DNA of 64,000 nt from Candidatus Alistipes stercoravium (GTDB taxonomy: Bacteria > Bacteroidota > Bacteroidia > Bacteroidales > Rikenellaceae). Of the stretch, positions 19,604-29,301 are shown one piece after another (position 1 is the first letter of the stretch; each line of letters starts with the position of its first letter). The notes under the pieces were generated by a model, which worked only from the letters and a program-made list of their open reading frames with translations, was not told where the DNA came from and made no database searches. Position numbers and translations under genes: made by a program. The stretch is taken from assembly GCA_019119615.1 (NCBI GenBank), contig DWWQ01000006.1, positions 4,079 through 68,078 on the forward strand. Reading direction: 5' to 3'.

Positions 19604-22027
19604 TCAGAACCGGTAAGAGATCGTAAGGTAGAACGAACGCGGATAGGCATAGGTGTAGCGCGTTGCATGCGGCGTCCACGAGGTTGCGTCGCCGGCCGAG
19701 ATACGGCGCACGCGCAGCGATTCATAACCGTTGTAGAGCGTATCCGAGGCATCCGTCAGATTACGCAGCATCAGCGCCACGGTAAGCCGCGAGCGGTCGA
19801 AATAGAAACTCTTGAAAAGCGAGGCATCGAGCGTAAAGGCATCGGAGAGCCGTTCCTGACGGGTGAAGGCCTCGAATGCTTCGGGCGTGAGCCCCGCCTG
19901 CGCCGTAACACGGTCCGTGCGGCGCAGGGGCATCGGTTCGACATAACGCAATCCGGCATAGCCCGCCGAAAGGTGGAAGCCCCACCCGCGCGGGCCGAAA
20001 TAGGTAAGTTCGGAGACGGCCGCAAGTTGGGGAGCTCCCCCGACATGACAGTCCGCCATGCGGGCCGTGGCTCGGGTCAGGACCGCCGTATTGTCCACGT
20101 CGGAGAGAACCGTTACCTCCGGGTCCCGAATATAGGTGAAGCGGCCGGCGGAGGCGGCAAGGGCCAGCTGCCAACGGTAGGAAAGGCGTATCTCGGCGGC
20201 CGCCTCCACGCCGCAGGAGAGGAGCCCGATGCCCGAAACGGACATGTCGCAGTAAAGCGACGCCAGGTCGTCGTAATAGCGGCGCGTCTCCAGCCGGTCA
20301 TAAACCGCGGCGGCATAAGCTGCAAGGCGCAGGTCGAACTGCGCGCCCGTACGACGCCACGAGAGCTCCGCAGCGTAGGTCCTTTCGCACCGGGGCAGTT
20401 CGACCGGGCGGTTGTTATAGAGCGGCTGGTAGAAGAGCTGGTCCGCACGAGGCACATCGGCCGACGCGAAGAGAATGCCCTCCAGGTAGCTGCGGGCCGA
20501 GAAGGACCAGCCGACGAGTGCTTTCACGAGCCACGGCGAGAAGCGCAGCGTACGCGAAGGCCCGTACGAGAGATCGCCCGGGAAGAGTTCCTTCTCGTAA
20601 TAGCCGCAGCGCGATATGCCCGCACTGCCCAGTTCGGCACAGAGGTCCGCACGCAGGCGGTCAGAGCGGTAGTCGGCCTGCAGCAGGAGGCGGGCCTCGC
20701 GCGTCAGCAGCGCATAGTCGTAGCCGAAGCGGTCGCCCTCGCGGATTTCGCGGTCGGGATGCCGCAGGTCGTTCTGAAGCAGGTTGCTGTAGGTATCGTC
20801 GTCGATCAGGTAGCGGTCGATATCCGTTACATACCGCGCACCGAGCAGGTCGCGCATCTGACGATAGGAGCGGCTGCGGTCGTAGCGCAGCGTCAGACCG
20901 TAACGCAGGGTCAGGGCGCGGTCGAGAGCCGTAGTGAAGGCAGCATCAAGGTGCAGATCCGTCGTACGCTCGACCCGGTCGTCGAGGGCGTAGACCGCCT
21001 CGCCGTTCCGCATCCGGTTGCAGCGGATCAGCTCGTCCCAATTGATCTGCGTATAGCGCGGATCGGCCGCAAGCCACGCCCGCTCGGTTTCGAGGTCGCC
21101 CGTATGGCTCGGCAGGTAGCGGTAGTTGTCCGGCATGGGCGTGCGGGCATCGTACCAGTCGAGCATGCTGTAACGCGAAAGGCCGGCTTCTCCGCCGAGA
21201 TTCACCGCCAGGGAGGTCTGCGCCGAGAGGCGGCCCTCATAACGGAAGGCCAGGAGAGGCAGAAACTCCCGACGCACGCGGGAGTTGCGGATACGGCCGT
21301 CCTGGTATCCCCACGCGGGGTTGTAGAAACGGTCGCCGGTCAGGGAGAAAGCCTCCTCGGAGGAAGAGAGGCGCGTACCGCGCGTCGAGGGCGGAAGGAT
21401 GCAAAGCAGCGAGAGGCGGTGATCGGAGCTCCACGCATGTGCGACGCGCAGGGCCGCGGTCATCGCGTTGGTAAAAACTCCCTGCACATGCAGGTCGCGG
21501 CCCGTACGGGCATCCATTGCCAGCGAAGCCGTCCAGCCACGGCCCAGATCGCCCGAAGCGGCGACCTTCGCGCCCAGGAGGTAATTGCGGTCGGTGAAAC
21601 GCACCGAGGCCAGGAAAGGCTGCATGGGCTCCTCAACCGGAAATTCGAAAAGCCGGACGCCGCCCGATCCGCCCGGAATCCCGGGCGCGGGGACCAGTCC
21701 CGCATAGCGGGTCTCCGTGGCACCCAGCAGACGAAGGACCGAGAGGTGGCGGTAGGAAAGCTCCATGCCCGAAAGCGAGATGCGCTCGGCATCCCATCCC
21801 AGACCGCGGCGTTTCATGGCAACCTGCGGGAGGTTGAAGTCGGTCAGTTCGCCGTAGAGGTCCACAGAAGACTGGATGGCCCGGTAGAAGAGCGTCGAGT
21901 CGGTGGCGAGCAGCTCGCGGCGCTCCTCCCGTTCGGCATAGGGATAGTACTCGTCGTCAAGGTACTGCGCAGCGGCCGGAGAACCGATCGCCAGCGAAAA
22001 AAGCAGCAACAGGACGGGACGGGACAT
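19604..22027 (-). CDS. Outer-membrane beta-barrel, divergent TonB-dependent receptor type
   Basis: Signal peptide, 807 aa, amphipathic strands, YNPAWGYQDGRIRNSRVR and PMPDNYRYLPS segments, C-terminal RSFYLTISYRF (terminal Phe BAM signal). Confidence 0.75.
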   Translation of the reverse strand: MSRPVLLLLFSLAIGSPAAAQYLDDEYYPYAEREERRELLATDSTLFYRAIQSSVDLYGELTDFNLPQVAMKRRGLGWDAERISLSGMELSYRHLSVLRLLGATETRYAGLVPAPGIPGGSGGVRLFEFPVEEPMQPFLASVRFTDRNYLLGAKVAASGDLGRGWTASLAMDARTGRDLHVQGVFTNAMTAALRVAHAWSSDHRLSLLCILPPSTRGTRLSSSEEAFSLTGDRFYNPAWGYQDGRIRNSRVRREFLPLLAFRYEGRLSAQTSLAVNLGGEAGLSRYSMLDWYDARTPMPDNYRYLPSHTGDLETERAWLAADPRYTQINWDELIRCNRMRNGEAVYALDDRVERTTDLHLDAAFTTALDRALTLRYGLTLRYDRSRSYRQMRDLLGARYVTDIDRYLIDDDTYSNLLQNDLRHPDREIREGDRFGYDYALLTREARLLLQADYRSDRLRADLCAELGSAGISRCGYYEKELFPGDLSYGPSRTLRFSPWLVKALVGWSFSARSYLEGILFASADVPRADQLFYQPLYNNRPVELPRCERTYAAELSWRRTGAQFDLRLAAYAAAVYDRLETRRYYDDLASLYCDMSVSGIGLLSCGVEAAAEIRLSYRWQLALAASAGRFTYIRDPEVTVLSDVDNTAVLTRATARMADCHVGGAPQLAAVSELTYFGPRGWGFHLSAGYAGLRYVEPMPLRRTDRVTAQAGLTPEAFEAFTRQERLSDAFTLDASLFKSFYFDRSRLTVALMLRNLTDASDTLYNGYESLRVRRISAGDATSWTPHATRYTYAYPRSFYLTISYRF

Positions 22028-22048
22028 CGGAAGATGCTATGAAAGAGT

Positions 22049-23338
22049 CTATCGGGTGAGGATCCGGAAACTCCACGGAGACATATCCTCCTCGACACGT
22101 CCGCGCAGCTCGTACGGCAAGCCGCTCATGGCGTCGGTGTAGAGGCCGGCGTAGATGCCCGTATAATAGTCGGCGTGGATGGCATACGGCGAGAGGTTCA
22201 TGATGCAGACCACCTGGTTGCCCTCCGCCTCGCGGACGAAGGTCATCAGGCAATCCTCGGCATTGTTGCGGATCTCGACCATATCACCCCCGCGGCCGCC
22301 TGCGGCAAGGGCCGGATGCGCATGATGCAGGGCCGTGAGATGGCGGTAAAACTCCGTATAGGCGTTGGGACGGTAGAGCGATGCGGGAATCGGGTCCCGG
22401 TCGAAGAAGGCGAAGGAGTGGTCGTAGCCGACCTCCTGTCCCGTATAGATGAGCGGAAGCCCGCACGGCACGACGAACGTGAAGGCCGTCATGATGCTCC
22501 GCGCAGCCCCGAGGCGCGTGAATTCCGAGCCGCTCCAGGAGTTCTCGTCGTGGTTCGAGGTGAAGGCCAGGCGCATGGCCGTGCGGGGATAGCGCCCGCG
22601 GTCGGCATACAGCCAGTCGCGCAGCGCTGTAACGCGCACGCGCTGCTGCGCCACGTCGCACAGCAGGTGGTGCATCTCCCAGCCGTAGCAGGCATCGAAT
22701 GTCCCGCCGTCGAAAAGATTCGTCTCTTCGGCTTCGGCAAGCAGGAAGAGATCGGGCTTCACCCGCCGCAGGCGGGCTGCCGTCTGTTGCCAGAACTCGA
22801 CAGGCACGAGCATCGCCATGTCGCAGCGGAAGCCGTCGATACGGTGTTCCGTAACCCAGAACTCCATGGCCGCGGCCTGCGCCTCCCAGACCTCGCGGTT
22901 CGCATAGTTGAGTTTTGCCGTATCGGTCCAGTCCCACGGCACGGCCGGAGCCCCTGCATCGTCGCGCTCGTACCACGAAGCCGGAGCTTCGGTGATCCAC
23001 CGCGCATCGCGCGAAGTGTGGTTGGCCACCCAGTCCATGAGCACCTTCAGCCCCAGGCGGTGCGCTTCGGCAACGAAGGCGTCGAAATCCTCCATCGTAC
23101 CCAGCTCGGGATTGATCGCCCGGTAGTCGCGGATCGAATAGTAGGAGCCCAGCGACCCCTTGCGCTGCTCCTCGCCGATCGGATAAACGGGCATCAGCCA
23201 CACGGCGTCGATGCCCATGTCGTGCAGAAAGGCGAGTTTCGAGGCAGCGGCACGCAAGGTGCCTTCGGGAGTGAGCTGCCGCACGTTCATCTCATACAGA
23301 ACGGCTCGGTAGCTCCATTCGGGATGCAGATTCATCAT
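22049..23338 (-). CDS. GH13 alpha-amylase family glycoside hydrolase (no signal peptide)
   Basis: WLMPVYP, DWVANHT, DGFRCDMA, LAEAE, NHDE. -7 box at 23379-23386. Confidence 0.93.
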   Translation of the reverse strand: MMNLHPEWSYRAVLYEMNVRQLTPEGTLRAAASKLAFLHDMGIDAVWLMPVYPIGEEQRKGSLGSYYSIRDYRAINPELGTMEDFDAFVAEAHRLGLKVLMDWVANHTSRDARWITEAPASWYERDDAGAPAVPWDWTDTAKLNYANREVWEAQAAAMEFWVTEHRIDGFRCDMAMLVPVEFWQQTAARLRRVKPDLFLLAEAEETNLFDGGTFDACYGWEMHHLLCDVAQQRVRVTALRDWLYADRGRYPRTAMRLAFTSNHDENSWSGSEFTRLGAARSIMTAFTFVVPCGLPLIYTGQEVGYDHSFAFFDRDPIPASLYRPNAYTEFYRHLTALHHAHPALAAGGRGGDMVEIRNNAEDCLMTFVREAEGNQVVCIMNLSPYAIHADYYTGIYAGLYTDAMSGLPYELRGRVEEDMSPWSFRILTR

Positions 23339-23442
23339 CTTCGGATTTTGTGGTCCGGCCCGGGCCGGATTCGGAGAACAAAGATACGATTTTTTCGGAA
23401 AAACAAACCATCCGGACTATCCGAACGGCATGCCGCACCGAC

Positions 23443-23479
23443 AAAAAAAGCCGGACTCCGCACGACGGCGGAATCCGGC
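23443..23479 (-). terminator. Intrinsic terminator of the nucleotidyltransferase gene
   Basis: A7-GCCGGA...TCCGGC. Confidence 0.7.
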
Positions 23480-23500
23480 ATCGGTTGCGGGTGCACTACC

Positions 23501-24412
23501 CTATTTCCAAAGGTTGCGCGGATATTTACCCTCGGCGATCATCCGCTCGATGGCGGCCATGAGCGCCGGTTTGTCCTCCTTGTAGGTTACGCCGTGCCAC
23601 TGGGCTGCGGAGCGCAGCACGCGCAGCGAAGCCTCGCCGTCGCCGATCAGCTTGTTCACCATCGTCGGGATGTAGAACTCGGCCTTCAGGTTGCCGCTGT
23701 TCCGGGCATACCACTCGGCAAAATAGGACTTCGAATGGGCGAAATAGTCGGGCGTGAAGCCGAAGAGGTTCATCGACACCGGCGTATCCTCGGCCAGCGG
23801 CTCATCGGCTCCGCCGTCGTGGAAAACGATCTGCCCGTCGGGCATACGCTCGATCTGCGTACGCTCGACCATCGAGGTGAGATTGCCCTCGGCATCGACA
23901 CCGCAGACACCGCGCGAAACGGTGCCGTTGTCCGAAAGCGTCTTGTTCAGGTCATAGGCCACCATGCAGTAGCGGCCCCGGCTTCCGTCCAGCTCCTTGA
24001 GGTAGGCGCCGATCGTCTCATAAGCCTCGGCACCGTAGAAGTCGTCGGCATTGATGACGGCGAACGGCTCGTGGATCGCATCGGCGGCCATCATCAGGGC
24101 GTGGTTCGTACCCCACGGCTTCACACGGCCCTCGGGAACCGCAAGGCCCTCGGGAAGATACTCCAGCTCCTGGAAGACATACTCCACAGCGATGCGTCCG
24201 CCGAAACGCTCTGCGGAGAAGACCTCCTGGAACTCTTTGGCAAACGAGTGGCGGATGACGAAGACCACCTTGCCGAAACCGGCCCGGACAGCATCGTAGA
24301 CCGAATAGTCGATGATGGCCTCGTTGTTCGGACCGACGCCATCCATCTGTTTGAGCGACCCGTAGCGGGAACCCATGCCCGCGGCGAGTACGAGAAGTGT
24401 AGGTTTTACCAT
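23501..24412 (-). CDS. Sugar-phosphate nucleotidyltransferase (NTP_transferase family)
   Basis: LVLAAGMGSRYGSLKQ, PWGTNHA, VINADDFYG, GVTYKED. -7 box at 24454-24461. Confidence 0.88.
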   Translation of the reverse strand: MVKPTLLVLAAGMGSRYGSLKQMDGVGPNNEAIIDYSVYDAVRAGFGKVVFVIRHSFAKEFQEVFSAERFGGRIAVEYVFQELEYLPEGLAVPEGRVKPWGTNHALMMAADAIHEPFAVINADDFYGAEAYETIGAYLKELDGSRGRYCMVAYDLNKTLSDNGTVSRGVCGVDAEGNLTSMVERTQIERMPDGQIVFHDGGADEPLAEDTPVSMNLFGFTPDYFAHSKSYFAEWYARNSGNLKAEFYIPTMVNKLIGDGEASLRVLRSAAQWHGVTYKEDKPALMAAIERMIAEGKYPRNLWK

Positions 24413-24644
24413 ACTTTTATCACTGTTTGAACGTTGATTCGTAATAAGTCAGGCAAAGATACGCAAAATAGCGCGACAAGCAAATGATTTGCAGCGGAAA
24501 ATATCCTCTTCGAAGGCATGGAAGGCCCGATGACGGTCCTCCGTGGAAAAGCATCTCCGTACGGCGAAGCTGTCGAAAGAAAATTTGGCAGTCCGCGCGG
24601 CATGTACTATCTTTGTAAGGTTTAAACGCTAACGATCCCGACCG

Positions 24645-25514
24645 ATGAAAACGATACAATCCATCCGGGCCTGGTGGCGCGGCATGTTCCGCAAACGCCG
24701 CTTCAACATGCTCAACGCCACGGACAACAGCGAAGAGTGGCATGTGCACATCTCACCGGCAAGCCTCATGGCCGGACTGGTGGCCTTCGTGCTGCTGCTC
24801 TTCATCCTCATCCTCACGCTCGTGGCATACACCCCCGTGCTGGAGTTCCTCCCCGGATACCGCACCGAGGCCGACAAGTCCCGAGAAAGCCTCATACAGA
24901 ACATCATACGCCTCGACTCGATGGAGCGCATGATGAACGACATGATGACCTACAACGAGAACATCGCCATGATCCTCGAGGGAAACACCCCCGTGGCCCG
25001 TTCGCTCCCGGCATCCGACACGACAAGGGCCAGCAAGGTGCTCGTCATGCCTTCGGCCGAAGACTCCCTGCTGCGGGCACAGATGGAGGGCGGCGGTCCC
25101 TATTCGCTGGCAGGGAATGCCGGGGCTTCACGCAAGCAGATCCGCGAGTCGATCGAACTAATGAAACCCGTCGAGGGGATCATCACCGAGCATTTCAATA
25201 TCAGCCAAAACCGGTTCGGCGTGAAGATCGCCGCAGCGGCGACAGACCGTATCGCGGCCGTGGACGGCGGCACGGTGATCCAGAGCAGCTGGACCCCCGA
25301 GCAGGGATACACCGTCATCATGCAGCATGCCGCAGGCCTGCTGTCGATCTACCGCAGCCTCTCGCAGTCGCTCGTCGCCCCGGGGCAGAAACTCCGCGCC
25401 GGAGAGCTCATCGGCTACAACGCCGAAGCCGAGAACGGCGAAGTCCCGATGTTCGAATTCGAATTGTGGAACAACGGGAAACCGGTGGATCCCGAAAGCT
25501 ATATCGTATTCTGA
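24645..25514 (+). CDS. M23-family peptidase with N-terminal membrane anchor and coiled coil
   Basis: TM segment, then AAVDGGTVI, GQKLRAGELIG, FELWNNGKPVDP. The usual HxH zinc motifs look degenerate. -7 box TATCTTTG at 24608-24615. Confidence 0.8.
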   Translation: MKTIQSIRAWWRGMFRKRRFNMLNATDNSEEWHVHISPASLMAGLVAFVLLLFILILTLVAYTPVLEFLPGYRTEADKSRESLIQNIIRLDSMERMMNDMMTYNENIAMILEGNTPVARSLPASDTTRASKVLVMPSAEDSLLRAQMEGGGPYSLAGNAGASRKQIRESIELMKPVEGIITEHFNISQNRFGVKIAAAATDRIAAVDGGTVIQSSWTPEQGYTVIMQHAAGLLSIYRSLSQSLVAPGQKLRAGELIGYNAEAENGEVPMFEFELWNNGKPVDPESYIVF

Positions 25515-25524
25515 TTCTGATCCC

Positions 25525-26676
25525 ATGAAACAACGTCTTGCCATACTGGGCTCCACCGGTTCGATCGGAGAGCAGACGCTCGACATCGTTCGTGAAAATC
25601 CGGACCGCTTCGAAGCCCGCGTACTGACGGCGAACAGCCACTGGAAACGCCTCGCCGAACAGGCCCGCGAATTCGATGCCGACACGGTGGTCATTGCCGA
25701 CGAAAAGTGCTACGCCCCGCTGTGCGAAGCCCTGAAAGATACGGACACCAAGGTCTTTGCCGGCGAGGAGGCCGTGGCGCAGATCACTGCGGCGCGCGGC
25801 ACGGAAGTGGTCGTGAATGCCCTGGTGGGATATGCCGGACTGGCCCCGTCGGTGGCGGCCATCGAGGCCGGGAAGAAACTCGCCCTGGCGAACAAGGAGT
25901 CGCTCGTCGTCGCCGGAGCCCTCGTGATGCCCCTGGCCCGCGAGCGGAGAGCCCCGATTCTTCCGATCGACTCGGAACATTCGGCTATTTTCCAATGTCT
26001 CGCAGGCGAGCAGGCCCCCGTGCGGCGCCTCATCATCACCTGCAGCGGCGGAGCCCTCCGCGACCTTCCGCGCGAAGCGCTCGGAAGCGTTACCGCGGAG
26101 CAGGCCCTGCACCATCCCCAGTGGCAGATGGGCGCCAAGATCACGATCGACTCCTCGACACTCGTAAACAAGGGTTTCGAGGTCATCGAGGCCCACTGGC
26201 TTTTCGGAACGCCCGCCGAGAAGATCGACGTCGTGATGCATCCCCAGTCGATCGTCCACTCGATGGTCGAATTCGAGGACGGCGCCATCAAGGCCCAGCT
26301 CGGCACACCCGACATGCGCATGCCCATCAGCTACGCGCTGATGTATCCCGAACGTGCCCGCAGATCCGGCGAGCGGTTCGACTTCACGGCCCATCCGCAA
26401 CTTACATTCGCTGCGGTGGATCATGAGAAGTACCCTGCGCTGGGAATCGCCTACGACTGTCTGCGGCACGGCGGCACGGCGGCCTGCACGATGAACGGTG
26501 CGAACGAGGTGGCCGTGGCAGCCTTCCTCCACGGGCAGTGCGCCTGGCTCGACATCGTCCGCACAATCGAACATGCACTCAAAACGGCGGACTTCACCCC
26601 GCAACCCACACTCGACGATTACGCCCGGGCGGATGCCGAAGCACGCGCCCGAGCCGCCGAATTCCTGAAACTGTAA
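25525..26676 (+). CDS. dxr: 1-deoxy-D-xylulose-5-phosphate reductoisomerase
   Basis: LGSTGSIG, LALANKES, PIDSEHSA, HPQWQMGAKIT, NGANE. Confidence 0.98.
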   Translation: MKQRLAILGSTGSIGEQTLDIVRENPDRFEARVLTANSHWKRLAEQAREFDADTVVIADEKCYAPLCEALKDTDTKVFAGEEAVAQITAARGTEVVVNALVGYAGLAPSVAAIEAGKKLALANKESLVVAGALVMPLARERRAPILPIDSEHSAIFQCLAGEQAPVRRLIITCSGGALRDLPREALGSVTAEQALHHPQWQMGAKITIDSSTLVNKGFEVIEAHWLFGTPAEKIDVVMHPQSIVHSMVEFEDGAIKAQLGTPDMRMPISYALMYPERARRSGERFDFTAHPQLTFAAVDHEKYPALGIAYDCLRHGGTAACTMNGANEVAVAAFLHGQCAWLDIVRTIEHALKTADFTPQPTLDDYARADAEARARAAEFLKL

Positions 26677-26698
26677 TATCCGTCTTTCCGAAACAACA

Positions 26699-28018
26699 AT
26701 GGATCTCGTAATCAAAATCCTCCAATTCTTCCTCTGCTTCACCATTCTGGTGGGTATTCACGAACTCGGGCACTTCATCATGGCCCGCATTTTCCACATC
26801 CGCGTCGAGAAGTTCTATATCTTCTTCGACCCCTGGTTCTCGCTCTTCAAGTTCCGGCACAAGGACACGGAATACGGTCTGGGATGGCTGCCGCTGGGCG
26901 GTTATGTCAAGATCGCCGGCATGATCGACGAATCGATGGACAAGGAGCAGATGAAACAGGCCCCGAAACCCGACGAATTCCGTGCTAAACCCGCCTGGCA
27001 GCGCTTTTTGGTCATGATCGCCGGCGTGGTGATGAATGTCCTGCTGGCCATCGTCATCTATTGCGGCATCTGCTACACCTGGGGCGACACCTACCTCGCC
27101 AACGAGGATGCCCGCTGGGGATACAACTTCAACGAGGCGGGACACAAACTCGGATTCCATGACGGAGACCGCATCCTCACGATCGACGGGCAACCCGTGG
27201 AAAAGATCCAGGACATCGTAACGGCACTGCTCATCACCGAAGGCGACCGGCAGGTACGCGTCCTGCGCGACGGTGTCGAAACAGACATCTCGCTTCCGCT
27301 CGACGATCTGATCGCCATGCGTCAGGAGAAGGGGTACGAAGGGTTCCTCACGCTGCGTTATCCCTTTATCGTGGACAGCATGACCTCGCAGGCGGCCATA
27401 GCCGCGCTGCGCCCGGGCGACGAGATCCGTGCCGTGGACGAACTCCGCAACGCCGAATTCCCCGAGTATCAGAAATACATCGCCTCGAAGGCCGGCGACA
27501 GCGTACACCTCGAGGTGCTGCGCGGGGACAACACGCTGCAGATCGCCCTTCCCGTATCCGACGAAGGGGTGATCGGCGTCATCTCCAGCAACCAAATCTA
27601 CACCCCCCGCACGCAGAAATACACCTTCTGGGAGTCCATACCCGCCGGAATACACCGCACCGGCGAGATGCTCTCCTCCTACTGGGAGCAGCTCAAGCTC
27701 ATCGTGCAGCCCAAGACGAAGATGTACGAGGAACTCGGCGGATTCATCGCCATAGGCAGCATCTTCCCCTCGGAGTGGAACTGGCAGGATTTCTGGATCA
27801 AGACCGCCTTCCTCTCGATCATCCTCGCCGTGATGAACATCATCCCCATCCCGGGGCTCGACGGCGGACACGCCATATTCACCTTCTGGGAGATGATTAC
27901 CCGCCGCAAGGTGAGTGAAAAGGTACTCGAGATGGCCCAGTATGTCGGGATGTTCATCCTGCTCATGCTGCTTCTCTATGCCAACGGAAACGACATATAC
28001 CGCTTCTTCATCAAATAG
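26699..28018 (+). CDS. rseP: RIP metalloprotease RseP (M50, PDZ)
   Basis: HELGH, LPLGGYVKIAGM, MNIIPIPGLDGGH. Confidence 0.96.
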   Translation: MDLVIKILQFFLCFTILVGIHELGHFIMARIFHIRVEKFYIFFDPWFSLFKFRHKDTEYGLGWLPLGGYVKIAGMIDESMDKEQMKQAPKPDEFRAKPAWQRFLVMIAGVVMNVLLAIVIYCGICYTWGDTYLANEDARWGYNFNEAGHKLGFHDGDRILTIDGQPVEKIQDIVTALLITEGDRQVRVLRDGVETDISLPLDDLIAMRQEKGYEGFLTLRYPFIVDSMTSQAAIAALRPGDEIRAVDELRNAEFPEYQKYIASKAGDSVHLEVLRGDNTLQIALPVSDEGVIGVISSNQIYTPRTQKYTFWESIPAGIHRTGEMLSSYWEQLKLIVQPKTKMYEELGGFIAIGSIFPSEWNWQDFWIKTAFLSIILAVMNIIPIPGLDGGHAIFTFWEMITRRKVSEKVLEMAQYVGMFILLMLLLYANGNDIYRFFIK

Positions 28019-28025
28019 CAGGGCC

Positions 28026-28604
28026 ATGACCGAACTGGAAAAGATGCTTGCAGGCGAGACCTACGACTTCACGGCTCCCGACGTGGCCGAAAGCCTCCGG
28101 CGCCGCCGCGTGAATCTCGCCCGGTTCAACGCCACCTCGTTCGACGACCCGCACTACGAGGAGGCGCTCTCGGCACTGATCCCCCACCGGGCTCCGACGG
28201 CCCGGATCATGCCGCCGTTCTACTGCGACCACGGACATCCGATCCATTTGGGCGAGGGGGTCTTCATCAACGCCAACTGCACGTTCCTCGACGGCGGCGG
28301 CATCACGATCGGCGCCCATACGCTCATCGGCCCCAACTGCCAGCTGTACACGCCCCAGCATCCGATGGACTACCGCGAGCGCCGCAAACCCATTGAGGTC
28401 GGACGCCCGATCACCATCGGCGAAGACTGCTGGCTCGGCGGCGGCGTGATCGTCTGCCCGGGAGTCCGGATCGGCGCCCGCTCGATCATCGCCGCAGGAA
28501 GTGTCGTCGTGCACGACATTCCGGAGGATTCGCTCGCGGCGGGAAATCCCGCCGTCGTGAAACGACGCCTCCGAGGACCGGCCGGTCCTCCGTCGGCCAC
28601 CTAA
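28026..28604 (+). CDS. Sugar O-acetyltransferase (maltose acetyltransferase-like, hexapeptide repeat)
   Basis: ELEKMLAG, PPFYCDHG, IGEDCWLGGG, AGNPA. Confidence 0.9.
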   Translation: MTELEKMLAGETYDFTAPDVAESLRRRRVNLARFNATSFDDPHYEEALSALIPHRAPTARIMPPFYCDHGHPIHLGEGVFINANCTFLDGGGITIGAHTLIGPNCQLYTPQHPMDYRERRKPIEVGRPITIGEDCWLGGGVIVCPGVRIGARSIIAAGSVVVHDIPEDSLAAGNPAVVKRRLRGPAGPPSAT

Positions 28605-29296
28605 TGTCAAACGAAAACAAACAGGACGAAAGCATGGAAACGAAACAGGCAACAAATACGATGACACAGGCCGAACGGCTCGAGGCATGCGCCTCAACGC
28701 TGCGCCGCCACGGATTCGACGTAACAGTCGTACGGGACGAGAAGGAGGCGTTCGAGCGGATGCGCGACGTCGTGGAGGCCGAGATGCCGCAACTGGTGTC
28801 GTTCGGAGACTCGATGACGATGCGCGCCACGGGAATCATCGAATGGCTGCGCAACGACCCGCGCTGGACGCTGCTCGACGGATTCGACGCCTCGATGCCC
28901 CGGCCCGAGCGGCTCGAAATACGCCGCAAGGCCCTCCTGTCGGACCTCTTCATCACGGGAATCAACGCCGTAACGATGGAAGGTACGCTCCACTGGCTCG
29001 ACATGGTCGGGAACCGCATCGCCCCCGTCGCCTTCGGACCCCGCAAGGTGGTGCTCGTCGCCGGAAGCAACAAGATCGTCGCAAACCGCGAAGAGGCCGA
29101 AGAGCGTATCCGACGGATTGCCGCCCCGCAGAACATCGCCCGCCACGAAGGTTTCCGGACACCGTGCGCCAAGACCGGCGTCTGCATGGACTGCAACTCC
29201 CCGGACCGCATCTGCAACACGCGGATGGAGATGTTGCGGTGCCACCCGAAGGGACGCATACATATCATACTTATCGACAAGGATCTGGGATTGTGA
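28604..29296 (+). CDS. LUD-domain (lactate utilisation-like) protein
   Basis: SDLFITGINAVT, DMVGNR, GPRKV..AG.NKIV, PCAKTGVC.DC.SPDRIC. Start uncertain (28604, 28634 or 28661). Confidence 0.85.
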   Translation: MSNENKQDESMETKQATNTMTQAERLEACASTLRRHGFDVTVVRDEKEAFERMRDVVEAEMPQLVSFGDSMTMRATGIIEWLRNDPRWTLLDGFDASMPRPERLEIRRKALLSDLFITGINAVTMEGTLHWLDMVGNRIAPVAFGPRKVVLVAGSNKIVANREEAEERIRRIAAPQNIARHEGFRTPCAKTGVCMDCNSPDRICNTRMEMLRCHPKGRIHIILIDKDLGL

Positions 29297-29301
29297 AAGA
29301 G

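Noticed and set aside
23354-23369. 16-bp perfect palindrome TCCGGCCCGGGCCGGA
   Set aside because: Almost all G/C in a high-GC genome rich in CCGG words, seen only once, so likely chance.
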